A stretch of 18,630 nt of DNA from a bacterium (GTDB lineage Bacteria; Hydrothermota; 32-111): NCBI GenBank assembly GCA_046484245.1, contig JAWOBN010000105.1:1-18630 (forward strand). Direction: 5' to 3'. A program made the translations under genes and the position numbers. Shown in pieces: positions 1 through 8,333 of the stretch. The stretch's first letter is position 1. Every line of letters begins with the position of its first letter. Under the pieces are notes generated by a model. It saw only the letters and a list, made by a program, of their open reading frames with translations. It had not been told where the DNA came from and searched no databases.

Positions 1-93
1 CTCCTCAACAGTCACGTCCTGAGGTAGCAGGAAACATGATGAAAGTGACACTGCAAGAACTATTACTGTCAAAACTATTAATTTACTTTTCAT
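1..93 (-). CDS. Putative lipoprotein, N-terminal part (runs off the window edge)
   Basis: Manual translation MKSKLIVLTVIVLAVSLSSCFLLPQDVTVEE: basic N-region, hydrophobic core, lipobox LSS-C. SD CAGGAGGT lies just upstream (98-105). Not in the ORF track because it is truncated. Confidence 0.8.
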   Translation of the reverse strand, partial: MKSKLIVLTVIVLAVSLSSCFLLPQDVTVEE

Positions 94-123
94 AATGACC
101 TCCTGTAATCATTGTTTTTTATA

Positions 124-151
124 ATTATATTATAATTCAGATTCAAGTCAA
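124..151 (-). promoter_or_regulatory. Sigma70-type promoter for the lipoprotein gene
   Basis: Minus strand TTGACT (151-146), 16 nt spacer, TATAAT (129-124). Confidence 0.6.
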
Positions 152-153
152 TA

Positions 154-567
154 TTAATCAGAGAGTAAATTGACCAGTTCAGTGTAATCACTCACAATAA
201 ATCCCAGAACATTATCGGCTGTATGGATAATAACAGTGTGTCTTGCATTATAATTACTGAGGAAATGTCTTGAGGATTCCACTGATACAATGGAATCAAT
301 GTCAATGTCTATGGACGGCTTCATTATAATGGGGCGGAAGTAGAGTTTATTCTCAGTCAGTCCGATAAAACCGGTATTCTTGACTTTAGTATAATATTTC
401 TCAGCACCTCTGTATGAAGCAGGTACTGGTTCCAGTAGTATCTTCCCGTCCATTCTCATCTCTGCTCTCAGGCCCATAAGGACTGCTGCTGCCTTTCTTC
501 TGTAATAGATGTAAAACAGTATCAGTACAAGTGATATTATCAGTAGAATAAATAAAGCTGTTAACAT
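154..567 (-). CDS. Hypothetical protein with an N-terminal membrane anchor and possible PH-like/GRAM-like domain
   Basis: ORF 154..594, with the start moved to ATG 567 because a promoter overlaps the upstream codons. TM helix followed by YRRK. The pattern GFIGLTENKLYF...IDIDIDSIVSVE resembles bacterial PH-like domains (inference). Confidence 0.65.
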   Translation of the reverse strand: MLTALFILLIISLVLILFYIYYRRKAAAVLMGLRAEMRMDGKILLEPVPASYRGAEKYYTKVKNTGFIGLTENKLYFRPIIMKPSIDIDIDSIVSVESSRHFLSNYNARHTVIIHTADNVLGFIVSDYTELVNLLSD

Positions 568-573
568 ATAATC

Positions 574-601
574 ATTATACAATATTAATGACAAGGGTCA
601 A
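574..601 (-). promoter_or_regulatory. Sigma70-type promoter, probably giving a leaderless transcript
   Basis: TTGACC (601-596), 16 nt, TATAAT (579-574), 6 nt, then ATG 567. No SD. Confidence 0.6.
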
Positions 602-669
602 TAAGAGAGTAGTGTAATAATGTCATCAGATGATATTGCCGGGGAATGTGAGGCTCACTGTGGTCAGCA

Positions 670-709
670 AATTACCTGTAATTTGCGTGTTACAAAATTA
701 CAGGTAATT
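670..709 (-). terminator. Stem-loop downstream of the beta-barrel gene, probable terminator
   Basis: Perfect 15-bp inverted repeat AATTACCTGTAATTT / AAATTACAGGTAATT with a 10-nt loop, about 50 nt after the stop at 761. The U-tract is weak. Confidence 0.55.
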
Positions 710-760
710 GCATTGGAATTATCTGCTGATTAAGCAGTTATGTCAACTTATAACAAAGTA

Positions 761-1252
761 TTACATGAAGTAGAAGATAAACCCTACGCCTGCATTCATA
801 TCAAAATCTGTTGCAGGAATTATGTCAAGAATAGGTGATACCTCCAAAAATAATTCAATTGGTATCTCACTGAACATAAAACCTGCCCCGATATTGAATT
901 TCACACCTGCATGCACATCATTACTGCTGTTCACATTGGCATCATTCGTCTTTACCCTGAATCCGGGACCTGCATATATAAAGAAGGGAACTTCAGAATC
1001 AGCGTCTCGGGCATAGTAGCGGAAATTATAGAAATAATCAAGACTTGCATACATCATACTGCCCGGTAGGTCATAAGCAAATGTAGCAGCCAGGGAATTT
1101 GAATTATTGAGATTGGTCTTCAGCCTTAATCCTGTAGGCACCCCTGCATAAATGCCTGCACCTGTGGTATATTCAGCATAAAGAGGGGCGGTGAAAATTA
1201 TTAAGACTGCCAATACAATGATGAATTTTCCGATTGATTTTGTTTTCTCCAT
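761..1252 (-). CDS. Outer-membrane beta-barrel protein (DUF3996/BAPKO_0422-like)
   Basis: Signal peptide ending PLYA. GAGIYAGVPTGL and PIELFLEVSP motifs, alternating beta-strand pattern, aromatic C-terminus GVGFIFYFM. SD AGGAGG upstream. Confidence 0.7.
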   Translation of the reverse strand: MEKTKSIGKFIIVLAVLIIFTAPLYAEYTTGAGIYAGVPTGLRLKTNLNNSNSLAATFAYDLPGSMMYASLDYFYNFRYYARDADSEVPFFIYAGPGFRVKTNDANVNSSNDVHAGVKFNIGAGFMFSEIPIELFLEVSPILDIIPATDFDMNAGVGFIFYFM

Positions 1253-1281
1253 TACATCCTCCTGTCAATTGATTCATTAAT

Positions 1282-1310
1282 ATTATACAATAGAAATTGG
1301 GGAAAGTAAA
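1282..1310 (-). promoter_or_regulatory. Sigma70-type promoter for the beta-barrel gene
   Basis: TTTACT (1310-1305), 17 nt, TATAAT (1287-1282). Confidence 0.55.
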
Positions 1311-1360
1311 GACAAATCTTAAAAAATCGTAAATTGATTTTGTCTATAAATAAGTGTGTA

Positions 1361-1389
1361 TTGACAATGACAGGTTAAGGTGTCATACT
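1361..1389 (+). promoter_or_regulatory. Sigma70-type promoter of the ice-binding protein gene, with an overlapping inverted repeat
   Basis: TTGACA (1361-1366), 17 nt, CATACT (1384-1389). The palindrome ATGACA-N8-TGTCAT (1367-1386) spans the spacer. Confidence 0.6.
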
Positions 1390-1494
1390 GTAAATAGCAT
1401 ATTAGGGGGTGCAATGGAAATGGAGGATGCCATGCGCTTCAGTTATGCTAAAGGAACTATTTTTTTAGAACAAACAATTTTACTAGGAGAAATT

Positions 1495-2292
1495 ATGAAG
1501 AAGTTCAATTTATCTTTTATTAGTCTATTACAAATCGCAGTGCTCACTATTTTATTGGTAGTAGGCGGATGTTCTATCAGTGAAACTGAAGACAATAACA
1601 CAACTGCCAATATTGATCTTGGAACTGCAAATAATTATGTGATTCTCGCAAAATCAGGAGTCAGCACAACGGGAGCAACGGCAATTACAGGAGATATCGG
1701 TTTGAGTCCTGCTGATCAGACTTCACTGACAGGTTTCAGCGAGACAATGGATTCAACAAATGTATTCTCAACATCAACCTATGTCACAGGCAAAATCTAT
1801 GCAGCTGACTATGCGGTTCCTACTCCTGCAGAATTAACAACAGCAGTCAGTGACATGGAAACTGCCTACACAACAGCAGCAGGTCTTTCAGACCCTGACT
1901 ATGTGGATTTGGAAGCCGGAGAGATAGGCGGACTTACTCTTGAACCCGGGCTTTACAAATGGGGAACCGGAGTTTCAATAACAACTGATGTCACACTATC
2001 CGGTTCTGATACAGCCAGATGGGTCTTTCAGATAGCAGAAGATTTAACTGTTGCAAGCTCGGCAAAGGTGATACTGTCCGGCGGCGCTCTTCCTGAAAAT
2101 ATTGTCTGGCAGGTTGGCTCATCAGCGAGTTTAGGCACTGAGTCACACATGGAAGGCATTATATTAACAATGACTTCAATTGCTATGAATACCGGAGCTT
2201 CCATAAACGGAAGGCTGTTGTCTCAATCAGCAGTGACAATGGATGCCAATACTGTTAAGGAGCCGGGTAGCAAAACAGTGATTTCAGAATAG
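1495..2292 (+). CDS. Ice-binding family (DUF3494 / IBP-1) lipoprotein
   Basis: Typical DUF3494 motifs LGTANNYVILAKSGVST, ITGDIGLSP, GKIYAADYAVPTP, AVSDMETAY, GGLTLEPGLYKW, WVFQIA, NIVWQV, NGRLLSQSAVT. Start at ATG 1495 (SD AGGAGA) gives signal peptide MKKFNLSF...LLVVGG-C. Confidence 0.9.
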   Translation: MKKFNLSFISLLQIAVLTILLVVGGCSISETEDNNTTANIDLGTANNYVILAKSGVSTTGATAITGDIGLSPADQTSLTGFSETMDSTNVFSTSTYVTGKIYAADYAVPTPAELTTAVSDMETAYTTAAGLSDPDYVDLEAGEIGGLTLEPGLYKWGTGVSITTDVTLSGSDTARWVFQIAEDLTVASSAKVILSGGALPENIVWQVGSSASLGTESHMEGIILTMTSIAMNTGASINGRLLSQSAVTMDANTVKEPGSKTVISE

Positions 2293-2337
2293 AACCTGAT
2301 TAAATTGCATGCGGTTGTAAGACCACGCTCATTGCTT

Positions 2338-2372
2338 TAAAATACTCCGTTTAAAAACGGAGTATTTTTTTT
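2338..2372 (+). terminator. Rho-independent terminator after the ice-binding protein gene
   Basis: AAAATACTCCGTT / AACGGAGTATTTT stem followed by a T-run. Confidence 0.9.
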
Positions 2373-2400
2373 GGGGTATCACACAAAATTGCCAATACAC

Positions 2401-2429
2401 TTGAAATATCATTGAAAATAATCTATTAT
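2401..2429 (+). promoter_or_regulatory. Sigma70-type promoter for valS
   Basis: TTGAAA (2401-2406), 17 nt, TATTAT (2424-2429). Confidence 0.5.
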
Positions 2430-2458
2430 TCATCTTTATGCAAATTAAAGGAGTATCT

Positions 2459-5014
2459 ATGGATAAACATTTTGATTACGGGGCAGCACAGAAAAAATGG
2501 AATAAGGTTTGGAGAGAGAAGAATGCCTTCCATTCAGAACCGGACAACAGGGAACCCTATACAATAGTAATACCCCCGCCCAATGTAACGGATATACTCC
2601 ATCTGGGTCATGCCCTCAATAATACAATACAGGATATACTTATAAGATATCACAGGAATAAAGAATTCAATGCAGAGTGGATTCCCGGAACAGATCATGC
2701 AGGCATAGCCACACAGGTTGTTGTGGAGAAGAATCTGAGGAAAGAGGGCAGGGAGAGAAAGGATATGGGGAGAGAGGCATTCCTCAGTGAAGTGCGGCAG
2801 TGGGTTGACAGCAGGAAAAACAGGATACTGCAGCAGCTTGAGGGCATAGGAGCATCATGTGACTGGGACAAGAAGAAGTTTACTTTGGATGATGATATGT
2901 CAAAGGCAGTTGCAACTGTATTCAAACTCCTCTATGAAGAGGGATATATCTACAGGGGAACATATATTGTCAATTGGTGTCCTGCATGTCATACAGCACT
3001 TTCCGATGAAGAGGTTGAACATGATGAACAGAAAGGCAAATTATACTATATCAGATACCCTGTCAAGGATTCCGATGAATACATTACTGTGGCAACAACA
3101 AGACCTGAGACAATGCTCGGAGACAGCGGTATTGCAGTCAATCCCGAAGACAAAAAGAACAGTCCTATGATAGGCAGAACAGTGATACTTCCATTATTGA
3201 ACAGGGAAATCCCTGTTGTTGCTGATGATTTTGTCAATATGGAATTCGGTACAGGGTTTGTCAAGGTCACACCTGCTCATGACAGCAATGATTTTGATAT
3301 GGGCAAAAGGCATGGTCTTGAAGAGATTGTAATAATGGATACCAATGGCATTATCAATTCCAATGGCGGCAAATATGAAGGAATGACAAGGGAAGAGGCA
3401 AGACAGAGGATTATGGAAGACCTGAAGGATATGGGCCTTGTGGATAAAATTGAGGATTATGAGAATGCAGTCGGTAAATGCTACAGATGCAAGACAATAG
3501 TGGAGCCGTATCTCTCCGAGCAGTGGTTCGTTAAAATGCAGGATCTGGCTAAACCTGCACTGGAAGCATCCGCAAATGGTGATATCAACTTTTATCCTAA
3601 CAGGTGGAAGGGTGTATATGATCACTGGCTTGAGAATATCAGGGACTGGTGCATATCAAGACAATTGTGGTGGGGGCACAGAATACCTGTATATTACTGT
3701 GATGAATGCAGTGAGGAATTTGTATCAGTGAATACCCCCGGAGAGTGCCCTCAATGCGGGTCAGAGGATTTCAGGCAGGATGAGAATGTTCTTGATACAT
3801 GGTTTTCATCATGGCTCTGGCCATTCTCCACAATGGGCTGGCCTGAGAAAACAGAGGATTACAGATATTATTATCCCACAGAGGTGATTGTTTCAGCCTC
3901 AGAGATTCTGTTCTTCTGGATAGCAAGGATGATTATGGCAGGTCTGCACTTTACAGGCAGACTCCCGTTTAAAGACATATACATACACGGCACTGTAAGA
4001 GACAAGGATGGTGTCAAGATGTCCAAATCACTGGGCAATGGCATAGACCCCCTGGAGATAACAGAGGAATACGGAGCAGATGCACTGAGATTCTCAATTG
4101 TGTATATTTCAGGACAGGGCAAGGATCCCAATGTTGCAAGGAATACATTTGAACTGGGCAGGAATTTTGCCAATAAGATATGGAATGCAGCCCGTTTCAT
4201 ACTCCTCAATGCAGAAGAGGCAGTGATTCCCGAAGAACCCTTGACCAATGATTATTTTGACAAGTGGATTATCCGGAGACTCGCAGTACTTACTGATTCA
4301 ATAGAAAGCAATGTTGCTTCCTACAGATTCTCCGATTATGCAAAAAATGTTTATGATTTTTTCTGGCATGATTTCTGTGACTGGTATCTTGAGATCATTA
4401 AGATTCAGAACAGAAGCATGGAAACAGCAATCTATGTTCTGGCTGATTTCCTCAAGTTGATAAATCCGCTGATGCCGTATATTTCAGAAGAACTCAATGA
4501 AATACTGGGCAGTGAGCGGATGATACATCAGAAAGCAATCAGCCGGCCGGCCGGGGAGATGGATAAGAATTTTGATGATATGGATTTATTCCGGGACCTC
4601 GTCTCATCAATAAGGAATATCATATCGGAAACAGGTATTAAGAGAATCCGTGTATATGCCGGTTCCGGAAGGGATTTCCTTGAGAAACACAAGAGTATAA
4701 TCACAGAACTCTCCGGAGCTGAATCGCTTGATTTCATTGACTCTGCTCAGGTTAAGGGCATACCGGGCATATTCAGCGGCGGTATGATTTTCATTGCTGC
4801 TTCCGACATAGATAATATTGATGAACATATAAGGAAATATGAAGATGAGAAAGGGGAATTGGAAAAACAACTGAAAAAACTGGAAAAAACACTGTCAAGC
4901 AGTGATTTTCTCAATAAGGCGCCTGCTGATGTGGTAGAGAGGATGAAGGAGAAGGAAGAACAGTTCACTGAGAAAAAACAGCGCATAGAACATATAATCA
5001 ATTCACTGAGGTGA
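2459..5014 (+). CDS. valS: Valine--tRNA ligase
   Basis: PPPNVT..LHLGH (HIGH motif), GTDHAGIATQ, ATTRPETMLGD, DWCISRQLWWGHRIP, KMSKS, C-terminal coiled coil with FLNKAPADVV. SD AAGGAG supports ATG 2459; the in-frame ATG 2438 is an alternative. Confidence 0.97.
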   Translation: MDKHFDYGAAQKKWNKVWREKNAFHSEPDNREPYTIVIPPPNVTDILHLGHALNNTIQDILIRYHRNKEFNAEWIPGTDHAGIATQVVVEKNLRKEGRERKDMGREAFLSEVRQWVDSRKNRILQQLEGIGASCDWDKKKFTLDDDMSKAVATVFKLLYEEGYIYRGTYIVNWCPACHTALSDEEVEHDEQKGKLYYIRYPVKDSDEYITVATTRPETMLGDSGIAVNPEDKKNSPMIGRTVILPLLNREIPVVADDFVNMEFGTGFVKVTPAHDSNDFDMGKRHGLEEIVIMDTNGIINSNGGKYEGMTREEARQRIMEDLKDMGLVDKIEDYENAVGKCYRCKTIVEPYLSEQWFVKMQDLAKPALEASANGDINFYPNRWKGVYDHWLENIRDWCISRQLWWGHRIPVYYCDECSEEFVSVNTPGECPQCGSEDFRQDENVLDTWFSSWLWPFSTMGWPEKTEDYRYYYPTEVIVSASEILFFWIARMIMAGLHFTGRLPFKDIYIHGTVRDKDGVKMSKSLGNGIDPLEITEEYGADALRFSIVYISGQGKDPNVARNTFELGRNFANKIWNAARFILLNAEEAVIPEEPLTNDYFDKWIIRRLAVLTDSIESNVASYRFSDYAKNVYDFFWHDFCDWYLEIIKIQNRSMETAIYVLADFLKLINPLMPYISEELNEILGSERMIHQKAISRPAGEMDKNFDDMDLFRDLVSSIRNIISETGIKRIRVYAGSGRDFLEKHKSIITELSGAESLDFIDSAQVKGIPGIFSGGMIFIAASDIDNIDEHIRKYEDEKGELEKQLKKLEKTLSSSDFLNKAPADVVERMKEKEEQFTEKKQRIEHIINSLR

Positions 5015-5018
5015 TGAT

Positions 5019-6080
5019 TTGTCTGATACAATAAGAAAAGGCATTAAAATATTTCTCGCAATTACTGTTGTAACACTCCTCCTGCTTCTTATATTCACTG
5101 TGTCTGAAGATACCTTGCGGTCACTCAAAAAAATGGAGCCGGTGTATTTTATATATGCACTGATTGTACTTGCCATATATTATTATTTTGATGCACTGAA
5201 GATAAAGTTCCTTGCAAAGGCACTGGACCATGATATTCCGGTTATGACCGGCATTGATATAATAATAAGCGGTATATTCCTCGCTGCAGTGACCCCGTTT
5301 CAGACAGGGGGTCTCCCTGTTCAGATATTCATACTGAAGCAGAAGGATGTCCCTTACGGCGAAGGCTCGCTCCTCATATTCATGAGGGGTGTCACGGGTT
5401 TCTTCTTCTATGCACTTGCATTACCCCTGATATTCGGTTTATACGGTCATGTATTCTCCAATCTCATAGTGAGGAATCTTGTGCGTTATCTCCTCATTAT
5501 TTACGGAGGAGGCATAGGCCTCATGATATTTGCCATATTTGCTCCGGACAAGATAATAAGACTGCTCTACAGAATTGATATATTCCTCAAGAGGATAAAA
5601 TTGCTCAAATCGGACAAAGTCATCAATATAATCAAATGGTTTGAAAGTGAGGTTGAATTATTCCTCTCCGGACTCAAGCTCTTTTTCACCAAGAGGAAAT
5701 TGTACATATGCCTCTCCCTCGTATTGACATTTGTCTCATTCATATTCTTCTATTCAATAGCACTCATTATTCTCTTCGGACTGGGCATTAAACCGACAAA
5801 TCCCATTGAGATAATCAATCTGCAGTTCCTGCATGCATTCCTTGTTATGTTCATGCCGACACCCGGTGCAAGCGGTATATCAGAAACACTCTTTGCAACA
5901 CTGTTCAGTTCTGTAGTCGGCAAGGAACTCCTCGGTATATACGCAATTCTGTGGAGATTCTTCACATTTTATTTAGGAGCGGGAATAGGGGCATTCATAA
6001 CACTCAAAATAATAAACAGGTCCGGTAAATCCTATGATGAAATAAGGCAAGAGGAAGATCACATTGAGAAACAGGATTAA
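5019..6080 (+). CDS. Lysylphosphatidylglycerol synthase TM-domain / flippase-like membrane protein (UPF0104 family), paralog 1
   Basis: Polytopic membrane protein with TPFQTGGLPVQ, PTPGASGISE and LWRFFTFY motifs. TTG start with SD GAGGTG. Confidence 0.85.
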   Translation: MSDTIRKGIKIFLAITVVTLLLLLIFTVSEDTLRSLKKMEPVYFIYALIVLAIYYYFDALKIKFLAKALDHDIPVMTGIDIIISGIFLAAVTPFQTGGLPVQIFILKQKDVPYGEGSLLIFMRGVTGFFFYALALPLIFGLYGHVFSNLIVRNLVRYLLIIYGGGIGLMIFAIFAPDKIIRLLYRIDIFLKRIKLLKSDKVINIIKWFESEVELFLSGLKLFFTKRKLYICLSLVLTFVSFIFFYSIALIILFGLGIKPTNPIEIINLQFLHAFLVMFMPTPGASGISETLFATLFSSVVGKELLGIYAILWRFFTFYLGAGIGAFITLKIINRSGKSYDEIRQEEDHIEKQD

Positions 6081-7140
6081 AAAAGGCATAGTAATATTCT
6101 TTCTTGCAACAGTCATAGCATACGGGATAATCATATTCTTCTTTTTGAGGGATGTGCCCCGCAATATCACATTGAGACCCGATGTTTTCCTGATCGGCGG
6201 TCTTCTGATCACATTCGCGGCAACACATTACTTCAATATACTCAGGGTTCATCAGCTGGCAAAGATATTTACAGACACCTTTGCATTCTCAGACAGTCTG
6301 CTGTTTACAATGGGCGGTATATTCCTCGGTCTTATCACACCCTTTCAGTCAGGAGGTATCCCGCTTCAGGTATATCTGCTTTCCAAACACAGGGTGAGCC
6401 CGGGTGAATCCACATCACTGCTTTTTATCAGGGGTGTGCAGTCATTTGCTGTCTTTGTAATTACAGTGCCCTTTACAATTGTCTTCTTTTCAGGTCTTTT
6501 CACAGGACAGCTTGTTGCAGGCCTGCTGCGCTACTTCCTTGTTTTCTATCTCACTATTGTGGCAGTGATTGTGCTGCTCCTCCTTTTCCCTGTATATCTG
6601 AAATCCTTGGTTGAGAGAAGATTGAAAGCAGGGAAACTCCGTTCAGCACTGATTAGAGTAATCGGAGAAGCCGGCAATTTCAGGGCAGGACTGTCAAGGT
6701 TCTTTACAACAGGCAAGAAACATATGCTGCTGTCAACACTCTGGTCAATGATTTCACTTTATGCATCCTTCTCAATGGCATATTTTATTGTACTGATGAT
6801 GGGCGGGAAGAATGATTTCTTCCTCGCATTTCATATACAGATGCTGCTCACTTTTCTCCTGGCATTCGTGCCGACCCCGGGTTCAAGCGGTTTTGCCGAG
6901 GGGGGAGGAGCTGTGTTCTATTCACTGCTGATACCCAAATACTCAATAATTGCATATGTGTTTATATGGAGAACAATTGTTTCATACATACCGGCATTCC
7001 TCGGAATGATATCAATGATCGTTAAATTCAAGACAATATATGATCTGCCGGGCGAAAACAGTGAAAGAGTCAATGCTGACACGGATATAGAAGACAGGGG
7101 GGAAAAGGGTGCAGATGAAGAACTTGCCTGTGAGGAATAA
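6064..7140 (+). CDS. Lysylphosphatidylglycerol synthase TM-domain / flippase-like membrane protein (UPF0104 family), paralog 2
   Basis: TPFQSGGIPLQ, PTPGSSGFAE and IWRTIVSY motifs. TTG start overlapping the upstream paralog by 17 nt. Confidence 0.85.
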   Translation: MRNRIKKGIVIFFLATVIAYGIIIFFFLRDVPRNITLRPDVFLIGGLLITFAATHYFNILRVHQLAKIFTDTFAFSDSLLFTMGGIFLGLITPFQSGGIPLQVYLLSKHRVSPGESTSLLFIRGVQSFAVFVITVPFTIVFFSGLFTGQLVAGLLRYFLVFYLTIVAVIVLLLLFPVYLKSLVERRLKAGKLRSALIRVIGEAGNFRAGLSRFFTTGKKHMLLSTLWSMISLYASFSMAYFIVLMMGGKNDFFLAFHIQMLLTFLLAFVPTPGSSGFAEGGGAVFYSLLIPKYSIIAYVFIWRTIVSYIPAFLGMISMIVKFKTIYDLPGENSERVNADTDIEDRGEKGADEELACEE

Positions 7141-7177
7141 TGACAATTGAAATATATAAAATCAGAATGGAGGCATT

Positions 7178-8332
7178 ATGGAAATGATTTATCTGGATAA
7201 TAATGCAACTACAATGACTGACCCTGCTGTAGCAGATGAAATGAGACCCTATTTCAGTGATTATTACGGTAATCCGTCATCCATACACAGTGCAGGCAGT
7301 GAAGTGAAACTGAAGATTGAGGAGGCAAGAAGGAATACAGCATCCCTCATTGGTGCTGAGAAGGATGAGATTATCTTTACAGGCTCGGGTACTGAGAGTG
7401 ACAATCTTGCAGTGAGGGGCGCGGCATATGCCAAGGCAGGCGCAGGAAGACATATCATAGTATCGGCAATTGAACATTCCGCTGTTTTAAATACCGCAAG
7501 AGCACTTCAGACAGAGGGTTTTGAAATAACCTATATCAAACCGGGCAAAGACGGTATTATTGACTGTCAATCACTTGCGGATGCATTGAGGGATGATACT
7601 GTGCTTGTTTCAATCATGCATGTCAATAATGAGACAGGTGCAGTGCAGCCCATCAGTGATATATCGGATATATTAAAAGAGAGGAATATCCTTTTCCACA
7701 CAGATGCTGTTCAGAGTACAGGCAAGATGGGCTATGATGTCGGCAAATTAGGCGTGGATATGCTCACAGCATCAGCACATAAATTCCACGGCCCGAAGGG
7801 CATAGGATTCCTCTATAAGAAGAATACTGTTGCAATCAACCCTATAATCACAGGGGGCGGTCATGAGTCCGGCATCCGGCCGGGTACAGAGAATGTGCCC
7901 GGAATAATAGGCCTCTCCAAAGCCCTGGATATTGCCTCTGCAGGTCACAGTGAATTCAGCAGACGCATGTCTGAGCAGAGAAAGACAATGCTTGATATTA
8001 TTTCTCAGAAAGTCAATGATTTCATCCTCAACACCCCCACTGAAAACAGTATGGAGAATACATTGAATCTCTCATTCCCCTATATTGAATCAGAAGCTCT
8101 TGTTCTGATGCTCTCTGATAAGAATATCATGGTGTCAGGAGGCAGTGCCTGTTCTTCATCAGAGGGTTCGCCGTCACATGTCCTGAGGGCAATGGGGCGT
8201 AAACCAAGAGAATCCGCCGGTTCACTGAGGATATCCCTAAGCAGATTCAATACAGACAGTGAGGTTGAGAGAGCTGCAGGTATTATAGCAGAATGTGTGA
8301 ATAAATTAAGGAAACTGTCACCGGAGGCATAG
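7178..8332 (+). CDS. iscS: Cysteine desulfurase, group I (IscS/NifS type)
   Basis: IYLDNNATT, GNPSSIH, FTGSGTESDN, HVNNETG, HTDAVQ, PLP lysine in SAHKFHGPKG, catalytic Cys in SGGSACSS. SD GGAGG. Confidence 0.93.
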   Translation: MEMIYLDNNATTMTDPAVADEMRPYFSDYYGNPSSIHSAGSEVKLKIEEARRNTASLIGAEKDEIIFTGSGTESDNLAVRGAAYAKAGAGRHIIVSAIEHSAVLNTARALQTEGFEITYIKPGKDGIIDCQSLADALRDDTVLVSIMHVNNETGAVQPISDISDILKERNILFHTDAVQSTGKMGYDVGKLGVDMLTASAHKFHGPKGIGFLYKKNTVAINPIITGGGHESGIRPGTENVPGIIGLSKALDIASAGHSEFSRRMSEQRKTMLDIISQKVNDFILNTPTENSMENTLNLSFPYIESEALVLMLSDKNIMVSGGSACSSSEGSPSHVLRAMGRKPRESAGSLRISLSRFNTDSEVERAAGIIAECVNKLRKLSPEA

Positions 8333-8333
8333 G

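Noticed and set aside
1354..1494. 47-aa N-terminal extension of the ice-binding ORF in the track (GTG 1354)
   Set aside because: It overlaps the predicted promoter and leader; the signal peptide and SD fit ATG 1495.
2373..2458. Possible T-box leader upstream of valS
   Set aside because: The spacer is too short, no T-box consensus is visible, and the hairpin at 2338-2372 is explained as the terminator of the upstream gene.
2695..5031. Several antisense or alternative-frame ORFs inside valS (for example 3194..3625, 3871..4248, 4747..5031)
   Set aside because: They are shadows of a highly conserved gene, with no recognisable motifs or start signals.
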